From: a virus | Direction: 5' to 3' (one strand) | DNA: 40,963 nt | Virus record (IMG/VR): IMGVR_UViG_3300029105_000019 | In this document: one piece after another, positions 1 through 8,099 of the stretch | How the letters are laid out: each line of letters begins with the position of its first letter | Position numbering within the stretch: the first letter of the stretch is position 1 | Made by a program: the position numbers and the translations under genes | The notes under the pieces: generated by a model | The model's database searches: none | Seen by the model: only the letters and a program-made list of their open reading frames with translations | What the model was told of the DNA's origin: nothing

Positions 1-145
1 CTGTTCCATGACGACAAGCTTTTCCGCAAGATCAAGACGCTGCTGAACGGCATCATGAAAAAGTTCTGCATCCTGCGCGGATACAGCGGCAAGACGATTT
101 TTGAGAACAACACCAACAACACCGGAAAAAAGGCTTTTGAAGCCG
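1..145 (+). repeat. Terminal overlap, left copy (identical to 40819-40963)
   Basis: Base-by-base comparison of both ends: ctgttccatgacgacaagc...ggcttttgaagccg, 145/145 identical. Confidence 0.97.
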
Positions 146-171
146 TAGAGGAGGGCATGACGGATGGCTAG
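1..171 (+). CDS. 3' end of the PLD/HKD-like protein gene (continuation of 40261..40963 across the circular junction)
   Basis: 40261..40963 is 703 nt, i.e. 234 codons plus 1 nt. Nt 145-147 complete the next codon, and the frame runs ...KKAFEAVEEGMTDG to TAG at 169-171. Confidence 0.85.
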   Translation: MFHDDKLFRKIKTLLNGIMKKFCILRGYSGKTIFENNTNNTGKKAFEAVEEGMTDG

Positions 172-712
172 AGGAGCAGGCGCGTCTGGCTGGGGTGGCG
201 GCTCTGGCGGCGGCGCAAAAGGGCGAAGAGAACAGTATAGCGACGGCGGGAAAAGCCTTGATAGCGAGTTGATAAGAAGGGCGGACGATTTTTCTTTGTT
301 TGACGCAGGAAGTGCGACAAAGAGAGAATACGATGCAAACATAAAGAAAATAAAGCAGTCAAATCTTACCGAGCAAGAAAAGGCTGATGCCGTTGATAAA
401 CTGTACCGCCTTACCACGGAACAGTTAAAGTCGCAAACAAAAGTTGCAAATCCTTATGTATCCGGTGTTGCAAGGTTCAATCAAAAGCAAGTGCAAAAGG
501 CAGCAGATAGTACCGCACAAAAAAGGCAAAATGTCAATTCTTTCATGCGAGACGTGCAAAAAAAGTCTGCCGCAAATAAAAAAGCGGCAGAAACAAAATC
601 CCTTTCCGCTGCGCTTGGATCTGCAATGGACAGCGGCGCGTTAGAAGTAACGTTCGGGGGAAAAACATATTACCGCGCGAGAAAAAATTCAAAAACATGG
701 AGAATCAGGTAA
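164..712 (+). CDS. Hypothetical Lys-rich protein, small paralog A (182 aa)
   Basis: The ATG overlaps the PLD stop (ATGGCTAG) and a gaggaggg RBS lies about 8 nt upstream. The N-terminus is MARGAGASGWGGGSGGGAKGRREQY; the body is Lys-rich and visibly AT-richer. No family recognised. Confidence 0.65.
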   Translation: MARGAGASGWGGGSGGGAKGRREQYSDGGKSLDSELIRRADDFSLFDAGSATKREYDANIKKIKQSNLTEQEKADAVDKLYRLTTEQLKSQTKVANPYVSGVARFNQKQVQKAADSTAQKRQNVNSFMRDVQKKSAANKKAAETKSLSAALGSAMDSGALEVTFGGKTYYRARKNSKTWRIR

Positions 713-729
713 AGGGGGGCAAGTAACTT

Positions 730-963
730 ATGCCAGCACTTAGCGCAAACCTGTCCAGCTCCAACAACGTGGAGCAGATCATGTTGTTCCATGACGACAA
801 GCTTTTCCGCAAGATCAAGACGCTGCTGAACGGCATCATGAAAAAGTTCTGCATCCTGCGCGGATACAGCGGCAAGACGATTTTTGAGAACAACACCAAC
901 AACACCGGCAAAAAGGCGTTTGAAGCCGTAGAGGAGGGCATGAGAGATGGCGATTCCGCTTAG
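730..963 (+). pseudogene. Duplicated C-terminal fragment of the PLD-like gene (77-aa ORF lacking the His/Lys of the HKD motif)
   Basis: The ORF MPALS|ANLSSSNNVEQIMLFHDDKLFRKIKTLLNGIMKKF... matches the last ~67 aa of the 40261 gene. Only the first 4-5 codons are novel. Confidence 0.6.
742..943 (+). repeat. Internal 202-bp near-identical copy of 40777..40818+1..160 (3' end of the PLD-like gene)
   Basis: Manual alignment shows 4 mismatches in 202 nt and no indels. All four are synonymous in the PLD frame: agt/agc, ctg/ttg, gga/ggc, gct/gcg. Confidence 0.95.
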
Positions 964-1231
964 AGCTGGTTCCGCAGGGTCTCCGTGGGGCGGAGGAAGT
1001 AATTGGTCATCGGCCACCGGTGTGAAAAAGTATTCTGCAAAAGAACGCAGAGAAATGTATAAAACTGGAAATTTCATGAGAGCGCAAAGTGATGCAAACA
1101 CGCAACACGGATATGTTTTGATAGAAAAACCGCATAGCAGGTTCTCGCAATCCAGTTCTGAAATCGTCCGTTTCGTAAGCCCAATGAGCGAGTACAACAA
1201 ATATAAAAAATATCTCAAAGGGAGGAAATGA
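947..1231 (+). CDS. Hypothetical basic protein, small paralog B (94 aa)
   Basis: It sits in the same context as paralog A: gaggaggg RBS, with the ATG inside the tail of the PLD fragment. The N-terminus MAIPLRAGSAGSPWGGGSNW...SAKERREMY shares the W-GGG and AKxRRxxY motifs with A and C. Confidence 0.65.
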   Translation: MAIPLRAGSAGSPWGGGSNWSSATGVKKYSAKERREMYKTGNFMRAQSDANTQHGYVLIEKPHSRFSQSSSEIVRFVSPMSEYNKYKKYLKGRK

Positions 1232-1234
1232 CAA

Positions 1235-1402
1235 ATGGCACTTAGTGGAAGCGTATGGACAGGACGTGCGGGCAACAGCAACAGCGCCAAAAACAGGCGC
1301 AAGCTGTACGTTGCAAACCGCCGGGATATCCGGTGGTACAATCGCCGAACGGGTAAAGCGAAGCGGTATTCGAAGCCCGGCACACGGGATCTGGAGTTCT
1401 GA
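1235..1402 (+). CDS. Hypothetical basic protein, small paralog C (55 aa; below the ORF-track cutoff)
   Basis: GGAGG at 1221-1225 lies 9 nt before the ATG at 1235. Translation is MALSGSVWTGRAGNSNSAKNRRKLYVANRRDIRWYNRRTGKAKRYSKPGTRDLEF with TGA at 1400-1402. It shares the GSxW and AKxRRxxY motifs. Confidence 0.5.
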   Translation: MALSGSVWTGRAGNSNSAKNRRKLYVANRRDIRWYNRRTGKAKRYSKPGTRDLEF

Positions 1403-1414
1403 GAGGAGTAAGGC

Positions 1415-2983
1415 ATGGCACGGCGTAGGATAGACCCGGAGGTGGGACGTGCCACGCAGTTCAAAACAGGCGGTAAACAGGCACAAACCGCAAAAAATGG
1501 CGGTATTGCAAGCGGCGTGGCAAAACGGCAGGCAAAGACCCTATCCTCCATTGCATCACAGATCGCCGCTGCACCCATCACCAACAAGAAAAACCTCAAA
1601 CAGCTTGAGACGTTGGGCGTGGACCCGGCAGAGGGCGTGACAAACAATGCGCTGATCTCTGCCGGTGTTTACATGGCAGCCGCCAGCGGCGACATGAAAG
1701 CCGTGGAGAAGTGGGAGGAATGGACAGAAGCCAGCAGCGCCGCCGGGGAAAGCAGCTTTGAACTGCCCGCCAGGTGCATCGGTAAAGCGTTTGTTGACCT
1801 AAACCGCCACATAGAGCCAAACGGCTCCTATATCCTCAACGGCGGACGCGGATCCACAAAATCCTCTTTTGTGAGCCTGAAGATTATCGAGACCATGCGC
1901 CGAAACCCGGAGATGCACGCTTGTGTCTGCCGCAAAGTTGGCGGCACAATGCGGGACAGTGTGTATGCACAGATCAAGTGGGCGATACATGAGCTGCGGC
2001 AAGATAGTCGGTACAGCTGCAAGGTATCGCCTATGGAGATCACCGACAACGTGACCGGGCAGATCATCTACTTCCGAGGGCTGGACGACGAGACAAAAAT
2101 CAAGTCCATCAAGCCTCCATTTGGCGCAATCGGCATCCTGTGGGTGGAGGAAGCAGACCAGATGGACGGCGCAGAGCAGTTGCGAAGCGTCCGGCAGTCC
2201 GTTCTGCGCGGAGGCGGCGACACCTACGAGTTCATGAGTTACAACCCACCGGCGGCTGCCCGCAACTGGATGAACCGCTTTGTGCTGGAGCCGCACCCGA
2301 ACACCGTGGTGCACCACTCTTGCTATCTGGATGCCCCGCCTGAGTGGCTGGGCGAACGATTCTTACAGGACGCCGAAGCCCTGAAGGAAAACAACGAGAT
2401 TGCCTACAAGCACGAGTATCTTGGAGAGGTGACCGGCTGCGGCAAGGAAGTCTTTACAAATATCCGGGCAGAAAAGATAGACCCAGCCAAGTTTGAGCGC
2501 AAATATCACGGCATTGACTGGGGATGGTATCCTGACCCCTTTGCATATAACTGCGTGAGTTACGACGCAGCCCGCAAGACCCTGTATATCTATGACGAGA
2601 TCACCGTGCGGCGCACCCGCAACGAGGACACGTTCAAGATGCTGCAAGACCGGCACGTTATGGAGCACCCAGAGAGCGAGCGCCTGACCGGTGACAGCGC
2701 CGAGCCAAAGAGCTGCACTGACTATACTGCATGGGGAATGAAGTGCTTGCCAGCTATAAAAGGCCCCAACAGCGTTGGGCAGGGCGTGAAGTGGCTGCAA
2801 AGCCTGACCGCCATCGTGATAGACCCGGTGCGCTGCCCGGACACCCTGAAGGAGTTTACCGAGTACGAGTATGACGCGGACAAGAACGGCGAGCCGCTGC
2901 CCGGATACCCAGACCACGATAACCACCACATAGACGCAACACGATACGCCATGGAGCTTGTGTGGCACAAGCCCGGAAAATAA
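1415..2983 (+). CDS. terL: Terminase large subunit (PBSX/XtmB-like) with a ~100-aa N-terminal extension
   Basis: Walker A is NGGRGSTKS (residues 143-150) and Walker B-like is GILWVEEAD. A C-terminal nuclease-type acidic region is present (HHIDATRYA). The gene sits immediately upstream of the portal gene, and the RBS is gagaggag. Confidence 0.9.
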   Translation: MARRRIDPEVGRATQFKTGGKQAQTAKNGGIASGVAKRQAKTLSSIASQIAAAPITNKKNLKQLETLGVDPAEGVTNNALISAGVYMAAASGDMKAVEKWEEWTEASSAAGESSFELPARCIGKAFVDLNRHIEPNGSYILNGGRGSTKSSFVSLKIIETMRRNPEMHACVCRKVGGTMRDSVYAQIKWAIHELRQDSRYSCKVSPMEITDNVTGQIIYFRGLDDETKIKSIKPPFGAIGILWVEEADQMDGAEQLRSVRQSVLRGGGDTYEFMSYNPPAAARNWMNRFVLEPHPNTVVHHSCYLDAPPEWLGERFLQDAEALKENNEIAYKHEYLGEVTGCGKEVFTNIRAEKIDPAKFERKYHGIDWGWYPDPFAYNCVSYDAARKTLYIYDEITVRRTRNEDTFKMLQDRHVMEHPESERLTGDSAEPKSCTDYTAWGMKCLPAIKGPNSVGQGVKWLQSLTAIVIDPVRCPDTLKEFTEYEYDADKNGEPLPGYPDHDNHHIDATRYAMELVWHKPGK

Positions 2984-2995
2984 GGAGCGAAGCAA

Positions 2996-4381
2996 GTGAG
3001 AACATTCCAAGACCTTGAAGCGGTGCAGAACGACCCCGCAGCCAAAACCGCTTTTGTGCAAAGCTTTATTGCCGAGCACGTCACAAGCGCCCCGGTGCGT
3101 ACCGCTGAAAAGGCTGACAAGTACGACAGGCAGCTCAACACCGGCGTGGATGACTTTTTGGATGCGCTTGCAGATATCGACTACAAGCTCAACGGCATCA
3201 CCAAGAGAGCCCGCCCGGAGACCGTGAAAAGCAACTCCTTCCACCGGCTTAACGTGCAGCGTGTGGCGTATAGCCTTGCAAACGGCATCACCCTGCCGGG
3301 CGAGGACAACGCAAAGGAAAATCTGGGCGAAAACTTTGACGAGCAGCTTTACCGGCTGGGTTACCTTGCCTGCATCCACGGCGAAAGCTTTGGCTTTTGG
3401 AACAACGACCACTTGGACGTGTTCAAGCTGACCGAGTTTGCGCCCCTGTATGATGAGCAGGATGGCACCCTGCGGGCTGGTATCCGGTTCTGGCGCTTGC
3501 AGCCAGACAAGCCCATGCACGCAGTTTTGTACGAGGAGAGCGGCTACACTCGCTACACCGAGGACAGCAAGGGCGAGCGCCTGTTGCATCAGGACGGCGA
3601 GCAGCAGCCCTACAAGACTACCACGACAACAACCCCCGCCGGGGACGAGATTGTGGAGGGCGAGGGCTACGGAACGCTGCCCATTGTTCCGCTGTGGGGC
3701 AGCAGCGCCAAGCAAAGCACGCTGGTAAACCTAAAAGGCTATATCGACAACATTGACCTGATCGTCAACGGCTTTTGCGATGATCTGCGCGAATGTGCGC
3801 AGGTCTATTGGCTGATCTCAAACTACGGCGGCATGAACGATTCTGACTTGCGCCGGTTCATGCAGCGGCTGCGGTTCAACCACGCCGCAAACATAGACAA
3901 CGCCGGGGACAACGGCGGCAGTGTGCAGCCCTACACGCAGGAAATCCCCACACAGGCGCGGGAGACCCTGTTGCAGCGGCTACACAGTTCCCTGTATGAG
4001 GATTTCGGCGGTCTGGACGTGCATTGCGTGAGCGCTGACAGCACCAACGACCATCTGGAAGCCGCCTATCAGCCACTGGACGAGAACGCCCGCGACTTTG
4101 AACAGCAGGTCACCAAGTTTGTGCGTCAGGTGCTCAAGATCGCCGGTCTGCCGGACGCAAAGCCGCAGTACACCCATGTGCGCATCTCCAACACCAAAGA
4201 ACAGGTGGATATGGCACTTGCAGAAGCGACCATCATTGGAAACGAGATGGCAATAGAACTACTGCCCAACCTGACGCAGGAGCAGAAGGAACAGGCCAAG
4301 GCTGCGCTGATGGCAGAGAGCGCAACGCGGGAGACCGTGGACGAGGACGAGGAGGACGAAGATGGAACAGATGAAGCGTGA
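2996..4381 (+). CDS. Portal protein (SPP1 gp6-like size and position)
   Basis: 461 aa with a GTG start after an aaggag RBS. It lies directly between TerL and the Mu-F-like gene and has an acidic C-terminal tail (DEDEEDEDGTDEA). Confidence 0.85.
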   Translation: MRTFQDLEAVQNDPAAKTAFVQSFIAEHVTSAPVRTAEKADKYDRQLNTGVDDFLDALADIDYKLNGITKRARPETVKSNSFHRLNVQRVAYSLANGITLPGEDNAKENLGENFDEQLYRLGYLACIHGESFGFWNNDHLDVFKLTEFAPLYDEQDGTLRAGIRFWRLQPDKPMHAVLYEESGYTRYTEDSKGERLLHQDGEQQPYKTTTTTTPAGDEIVEGEGYGTLPIVPLWGSSAKQSTLVNLKGYIDNIDLIVNGFCDDLRECAQVYWLISNYGGMNDSDLRRFMQRLRFNHAANIDNAGDNGGSVQPYTQEIPTQARETLLQRLHSSLYEDFGGLDVHCVSADSTNDHLEAAYQPLDENARDFEQQVTKFVRQVLKIAGLPDAKPQYTHVRISNTKEQVDMALAEATIIGNEMAIELLPNLTQEQKEQAKAALMAESATRETVDEDEEDEDGTDEA

Positions 4382-4465
4382 TATTTGCGCCGCGGTTTTT
4401 GGCTTTTTCTTCGGCTGCGGAGTAAGCTCGTTTATCATTAACGTTGCAAAGCTTGTGATGCGCTT

Positions 4466-5500
4466 ATGACCGACCTTGACCGCATCTCCACCCGGCAGCT
4501 GAACAGGCTGCGCCGCCGCATTTTGCGGGTATACGGCACCGCACGCCGGGAAATGACCGAGCAGCTGACCGAGTTTCTGGAGCGCTACCAGAAGCTGGAC
4601 ACCTACAAGCGGGGGCAGCTGGAAGCTGGGAAGATCACCGAGAGCGACTACCGCACATGGCTGCGGAATCAGGTGTTTCAGTCCGAGATGATGCACCAGA
4701 AGCTGGACAACATCACCCAGACGTGCACAACAGCCCAGCAAACGGCATACAAGCTGGCGCGAGATGAACAGTACGATATCTTTGCCCTTGGCGCAAACTG
4801 GGCGTTCTACGAGCTGGAACAGGCCGCAGGCGTGGCGTTCAACCTGACCTTGTACAACACCGAAGCGGTCAAGCGGCTGCTGCTGGAGAATCCCAAGCTG
4901 GTGCCAAACAAGCGCATCAAGAGCGAGAGCAACCGCACCTACGACGCCCGTGTGTTCAACCGGTACGTCATGCAGGGCATCATTCAGGGAAAAAGCGTCC
5001 ATGACATCGCCACACAGGCCGTGAAAGGCATGGCAGATACCGAGGTGCACTGGGCGATGAACAACGCCATCACAGCCCTGACAGGCGCACAGAACGCCGG
5101 GACAATGCAGCAGCTGCGCAACGCCCAAGCCATTGGCATTGAGGTGCAGAAGCGCTGGAACAGCACACTGGACTACCGTACCCGCGAGATGCACCGGCTG
5201 CTGGATCAGGAGACCGCCGATCTAGACAAGCCTTTCAAGGTGCATGGCTACGAGATACAGTACCCCGGAGACCCCAACGCAGCTCCGGAAATGGTTTATC
5301 ACTGCCGCTGCAAGGTGACCGGGGCGCTTGTAAAGTACCCCCGGCAGAACGCTATGCGGCGGGACAACACGACAAAAGAGGTCACATCTGACCTGACCTA
5401 TACCGAGTGGTACAAGGCAAAGGGCGGCACTGAAAAAGAGCAAATGTGGTGGGCAGAAGAGAGAAAACGGAGAAAGAAGAGCGCAAAGCATGAAAAATAA
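4466..5500 (+). CDS. Head morphogenesis protein (Mu gpF / SPP1 gp7 family)
   Basis: Contains the characteristic W-x-S-x-LD-x-RTR-x-x-H...PGDP...YHCRCKV segment (KRWNSTLDYRTREMHRLLD, QYPGDPNAAPEMVYHCRCKV). It follows the portal gene. Confidence 0.85.
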   Translation: MTDLDRISTRQLNRLRRRILRVYGTARREMTEQLTEFLERYQKLDTYKRGQLEAGKITESDYRTWLRNQVFQSEMMHQKLDNITQTCTTAQQTAYKLARDEQYDIFALGANWAFYELEQAAGVAFNLTLYNTEAVKRLLLENPKLVPNKRIKSESNRTYDARVFNRYVMQGIIQGKSVHDIATQAVKGMADTEVHWAMNNAITALTGAQNAGTMQQLRNAQAIGIEVQKRWNSTLDYRTREMHRLLDQETADLDKPFKVHGYEIQYPGDPNAAPEMVYHCRCKVTGALVKYPRQNAMRRDNTTKEVTSDLTYTEWYKAKGGTEKEQMWWAEERKRRKKSAKHEK

Positions 5501-5671
5501 GAAGTTTGGGATTGTTGTAATCAACGATGACTTTTTCTTGAACTTTTGCCGTGATTTTAAGCCCCCGTGTGGTTACATTAAGCCAAAACACGCGCGGCCT
5601 TCCTACGGAAATGGCGAAAAGCCGCATGAAGCACACAAACGCCTTATTAGGACAATGGAAGGATTCAGAAA

Positions 5672-5950
5672 ATGAATGTTTTAATGTCTGACGCAAAATA
5701 TGCGCCGTGGCTTATGGACGCACTCAAGCTGATTGAGGAAGAAAAAGTCGAAAAGCTTGCGGTGGTAGGAATTACAGCCAAAGGTGAGGTCATGACCGGT
5801 TATTATAACATGGAAATGTCCGATAAAGCTCTTGTTTCTGCTCATATGCAGGCTGATGCTGTACTGGATTCGGTTTGTTCCAACGGAGAGCTGATCCAAA
5901 GACGTTGGGCAGAGCAGGAGGAAGAAGGGGAAGATGCCGATGAAATTTGA
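5672..5950 (+). CDS. Hypothetical acidic protein (92 aa)
   Basis: ggaagga RBS; a coherent ORF in an AT-richer stretch with an acidic C-terminus (EQEEEGEDADEI). It overlaps the next gene by 17 nt. Confidence 0.6.
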   Translation: MNVLMSDAKYAPWLMDALKLIEEEKVEKLAVVGITAKGEVMTGYYNMEMSDKALVSAHMQADAVLDSVCSNGELIQRRWAEQEEEGEDADEI

Positions 5951-6389
5951 ATACGACATCAAAGTCACTGACAACACCCCGCGGCTGCTTGAAGCGCTGG
6001 AAGACTGGGCAGAGCGGGTGCTGACCATCTGGGGCATGAAGGTGCAGGACTATGCACAGCTACTTGTGCCCACCGGCACGGCAGACAGCACCGGAATAGA
6101 GGGCTATGTTGGCGGTGCGCTGAAAGCATCAATTACCTACGTTGTATCAGTGGCACAAAAGATTGTGACCATCGGCTCAAACCTGTTTTACAGTGTGCCT
6201 GTGGAGTTAGGCACCGGTATTTTTGCAGAGAAGGGCAACGGACGCAAAACGCCGTGGGTCTGGAAGGACTTCAACGGCAAATGGCACTTTACCCGTGGCA
6301 TGGCTCCCCGCCCATTCCTGCGCCCGGCGGTGGAGGATCATATCAAAGAACTGCAAGAGATCGCAGTTCGAGAAGCACAGGATGGCTAA
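5934..6389 (+). CDS. HK97 gp10-family head-tail/tail-completion protein
   Basis: Carries the motifs IGSNLFYSVPVELGTG and GMAPRPFLRPA, typical of the gp10 family (G-x-n-x-x-Y-a-x-x-vE-x-GT...PFLrPA). Confidence 0.7.
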   Translation: MPMKFEYDIKVTDNTPRLLEALEDWAERVLTIWGMKVQDYAQLLVPTGTADSTGIEGYVGGALKASITYVVSVAQKIVTIGSNLFYSVPVELGTGIFAEKGNGRKTPWVWKDFNGKWHFTRGMAPRPFLRPAVEDHIKELQEIAVREAQDG

Positions 6390-6401
6390 AACTCAATATT
6401 C

Positions 6402-6433
6402 AGCGGTTGGCGCACAGCGTCAGCCGCTTTTTT
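6402..6433 (+). terminator. Intrinsic terminator-like hairpin directly upstream of tRNA-Thr
   Basis: An 8-bp stem pairs agcggttg with cagccgct (one G-U), with an 11-nt loop, followed by a TTTTTT run (6428-6433). Confidence 0.55.
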
Positions 6434-6435
6434 AT

Positions 6436-6512
6436 GCCGCTATAGCTCAATCTGGCAGAGCCGCCGTCTTGTAATCGGCAGGTCGTAGGTTCAAATCCTA
6501 CTGGCGGCACCA
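6436..6512 (+). tRNA. tRNA-Thr (anticodon UGU), CCA encoded
   Basis: Manual cloverleaf. Acceptor is gccgcta/tggcggc. D arm is gctc-aatctggca-gagc. Anticodon arm is gccgt-CTTGTAA-tcggc with a T-T mismatch at 31-39. Variable loop is aggtc. T arm is gtagg-ttcaaat-cctac. Discriminator is A followed by CCA. Confidence 0.85.
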
Positions 6513-6587
6513 CACCGGCAGCACGTCCGGCAAAATAACCTGATCGCCAAGCATGGCAGCCCAAGCAAGGGCAGAAAGGACACACAC

Positions 6588-7175
6588 ATGGCACTCAAAA
6601 GAGCAGATATCCGCAAGATCCTGGAAAACGCCGAAACCTCCAACGATGACAAGGCGAAAGCCATTCTGGACGCCTTGCACGAGGAGACCGATGCCCTCCG
6701 GGACGAGCTGGATACCGAGAAAAACGCCCGCGTTGCAGCGGAAAAGGAACGGGACGCAGCCAACAGCGGTAAGCAGACCGCGGAGCAGGCGCTGACCGAC
6801 TACAAGACCCAGCAGACCCAGAAGGACGCCCATGCAGCCAAGGAAGCAAAGTTCCGGGAGCAGCTCAAGGCCGCAGGTGTGCTGGAAAAGTACTTTGACC
6901 GCATCGTGCGCTTGTCTGGCGAGGACATCGACAAGATGGAACTGGACAGCAAGGGCAACGTGAAGAACGCGGACAAGCTGGCTGAGAGCCTGAAAACCGA
7001 TTGGAGCGATTATGTGGGCAGCACCTCCACCAAGGGCGCACCGGTGGACAACCCGCCCGCAAACACCGGCTCCAAAATGACCAAAGACCAGATTTTTGCA
7101 ATCAAGGACGCAGGCGAACGCCAGGCGGCGATTGCAGCAAATGCCGACCTGTTTACAGGCGGCGGGAAGGAATAA
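6588..7175 (+). CDS. Scaffolding protein
   Basis: 195 aa with charged, coiled-coil-type sequence (DALRDELDTEKNARVAAEKERD...). It lies immediately upstream of the major capsid gene. Confidence 0.75.
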   Translation: MALKRADIRKILENAETSNDDKAKAILDALHEETDALRDELDTEKNARVAAEKERDAANSGKQTAEQALTDYKTQQTQKDAHAAKEAKFREQLKAAGVLEKYFDRIVRLSGEDIDKMELDSKGNVKNADKLAESLKTDWSDYVGSTSTKGAPVDNPPANTGSKMTKDQIFAIKDAGERQAAIAANADLFTGGGKE

Positions 7176-7178
7176 CCT

Positions 7179-8078
7179 ATGGCAGCAAAAGAAAATCTGA
7201 TTACCACCACCGAGATCACCGTCAACCCCCGCGAGATCGACTTCGTGACCCGCTTCCAGCGCAACTGGGATCATCTGCGGGAGATCATGGGCATCATGCG
7301 CCCCATCCGTATGCAGCCCGGCACTGTGCTGAAGAGCAAGTATGCACAGGGCACCCTGCAGAGTGGCACCGTGGCAGAGGGCGAGGAGATCCCTTACAGC
7401 CAGTACACCGTCAAGGAGAAGGATTACGGCAAGATCACCATCGAGAAGTACGCCAAGGCCGTCTCCCTGGAAGCGATCCAGAACTATGGCTACGACGTCG
7501 CTGTGCAGAAGACCGACGACGAGTTCCTGTACGACCTGACCGCGAAGGTGACCGACAAGTTCTACAAGTACCTGAACACCGGCAGCCTGAAGGGCACCCC
7601 CAAGACCTTCCAGATGGCGCTGGCGATGGCAAAGGGCAGCGTGGAGAACAAGTTCAAGAACATGCACCGCACCGTCACCGGCGTGGTGGGCTTCGTGAAC
7701 GTCATGGATGTGGCCGAGTATCTGGGCACCGCAAACATCACCATCCAGAACCAGTACGGATTCCAGTACATCAAGGACTTCATGGGCTACAACACCATCT
7801 TCCTGCTGTCCGACGGCGAGATCGCAAAGGGCAAGGTCATTGCCACCCCTGTTGACAACATCGTGATGTACTACGTTGACCCCTCCGACAGCGACTATGC
7901 CAAGGCTGGTCTGGTGTACACCACCGCGGGCGAGGCAAGCAACCTGATCGGCTTCCATACCCAGGGTAACTACACCACCGCCGTGTCCGAGAGCTTTGCC
8001 ATCACCGGCGTTACCCTGTTTGCCGAGTATCTGGACGGCATCTCTGTCCAGACCATTACACCGGGCGAATCGGTCTGA
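7179..8078 (+). CDS. Major capsid protein
   Basis: 299 aa with a good RBS (gggaagga), following the scaffold gene. Codon usage is strongly biased toward C/G-ending codons, typical of a highly expressed structural gene. Confidence 0.8.
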   Translation: MAAKENLITTTEITVNPREIDFVTRFQRNWDHLREIMGIMRPIRMQPGTVLKSKYAQGTLQSGTVAEGEEIPYSQYTVKEKDYGKITIEKYAKAVSLEAIQNYGYDVAVQKTDDEFLYDLTAKVTDKFYKYLNTGSLKGTPKTFQMALAMAKGSVENKFKNMHRTVTGVVGFVNVMDVAEYLGTANITIQNQYGFQYIKDFMGYNTIFLLSDGEIAKGKVIATPVDNIVMYYVDPSDSDYAKAGLVYTTAGEASNLIGFHTQGNYTTAVSESFAITGVTLFAEYLDGISVQTITPGESV

Positions 8079-8099
8079 CCTGCAAGGAGGTGACCCCGC

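Noticed and set aside
5490-5675. 61-aa ORF filling the AT-rich gap between the Mu-F-like gene and the 5672 gene.
   Set aside because: It overlaps the upstream stop, has only a weak RBS, and has an unremarkable basic sequence. It could be real, but nothing supports it, so the 171-bp gap is left unannotated.
6436-6512. Suppressor tRNA or stop-codon recoding, considered for all tRNA(-like) genes.
   Set aside because: The anticodons read UGU (Thr), CCA (Trp) and UUU-like, and none complements a stop codon. A UUA reading of the 40097-40103 loop requires a register that breaks the stem. All modules translate cleanly with the standard code.
6498-7958. 486-aa minus-strand ORF antisense to the scaffold and major capsid genes. 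Similar long antisense ORFs lie at 670-1647, 2363-3715, 4259-5194, 9720-10289, 14004-14795, 18957-19757, 22744-23667 and 36030-36734.
   Set aside because: They have no RBS and low-complexity Gly/Val/His/Leu/Arg-rich translations. They overlap plus-strand genes with strong family signatures and translational coupling. This is the typical stop-codon-poor antisense frame of GC-rich coding DNA.
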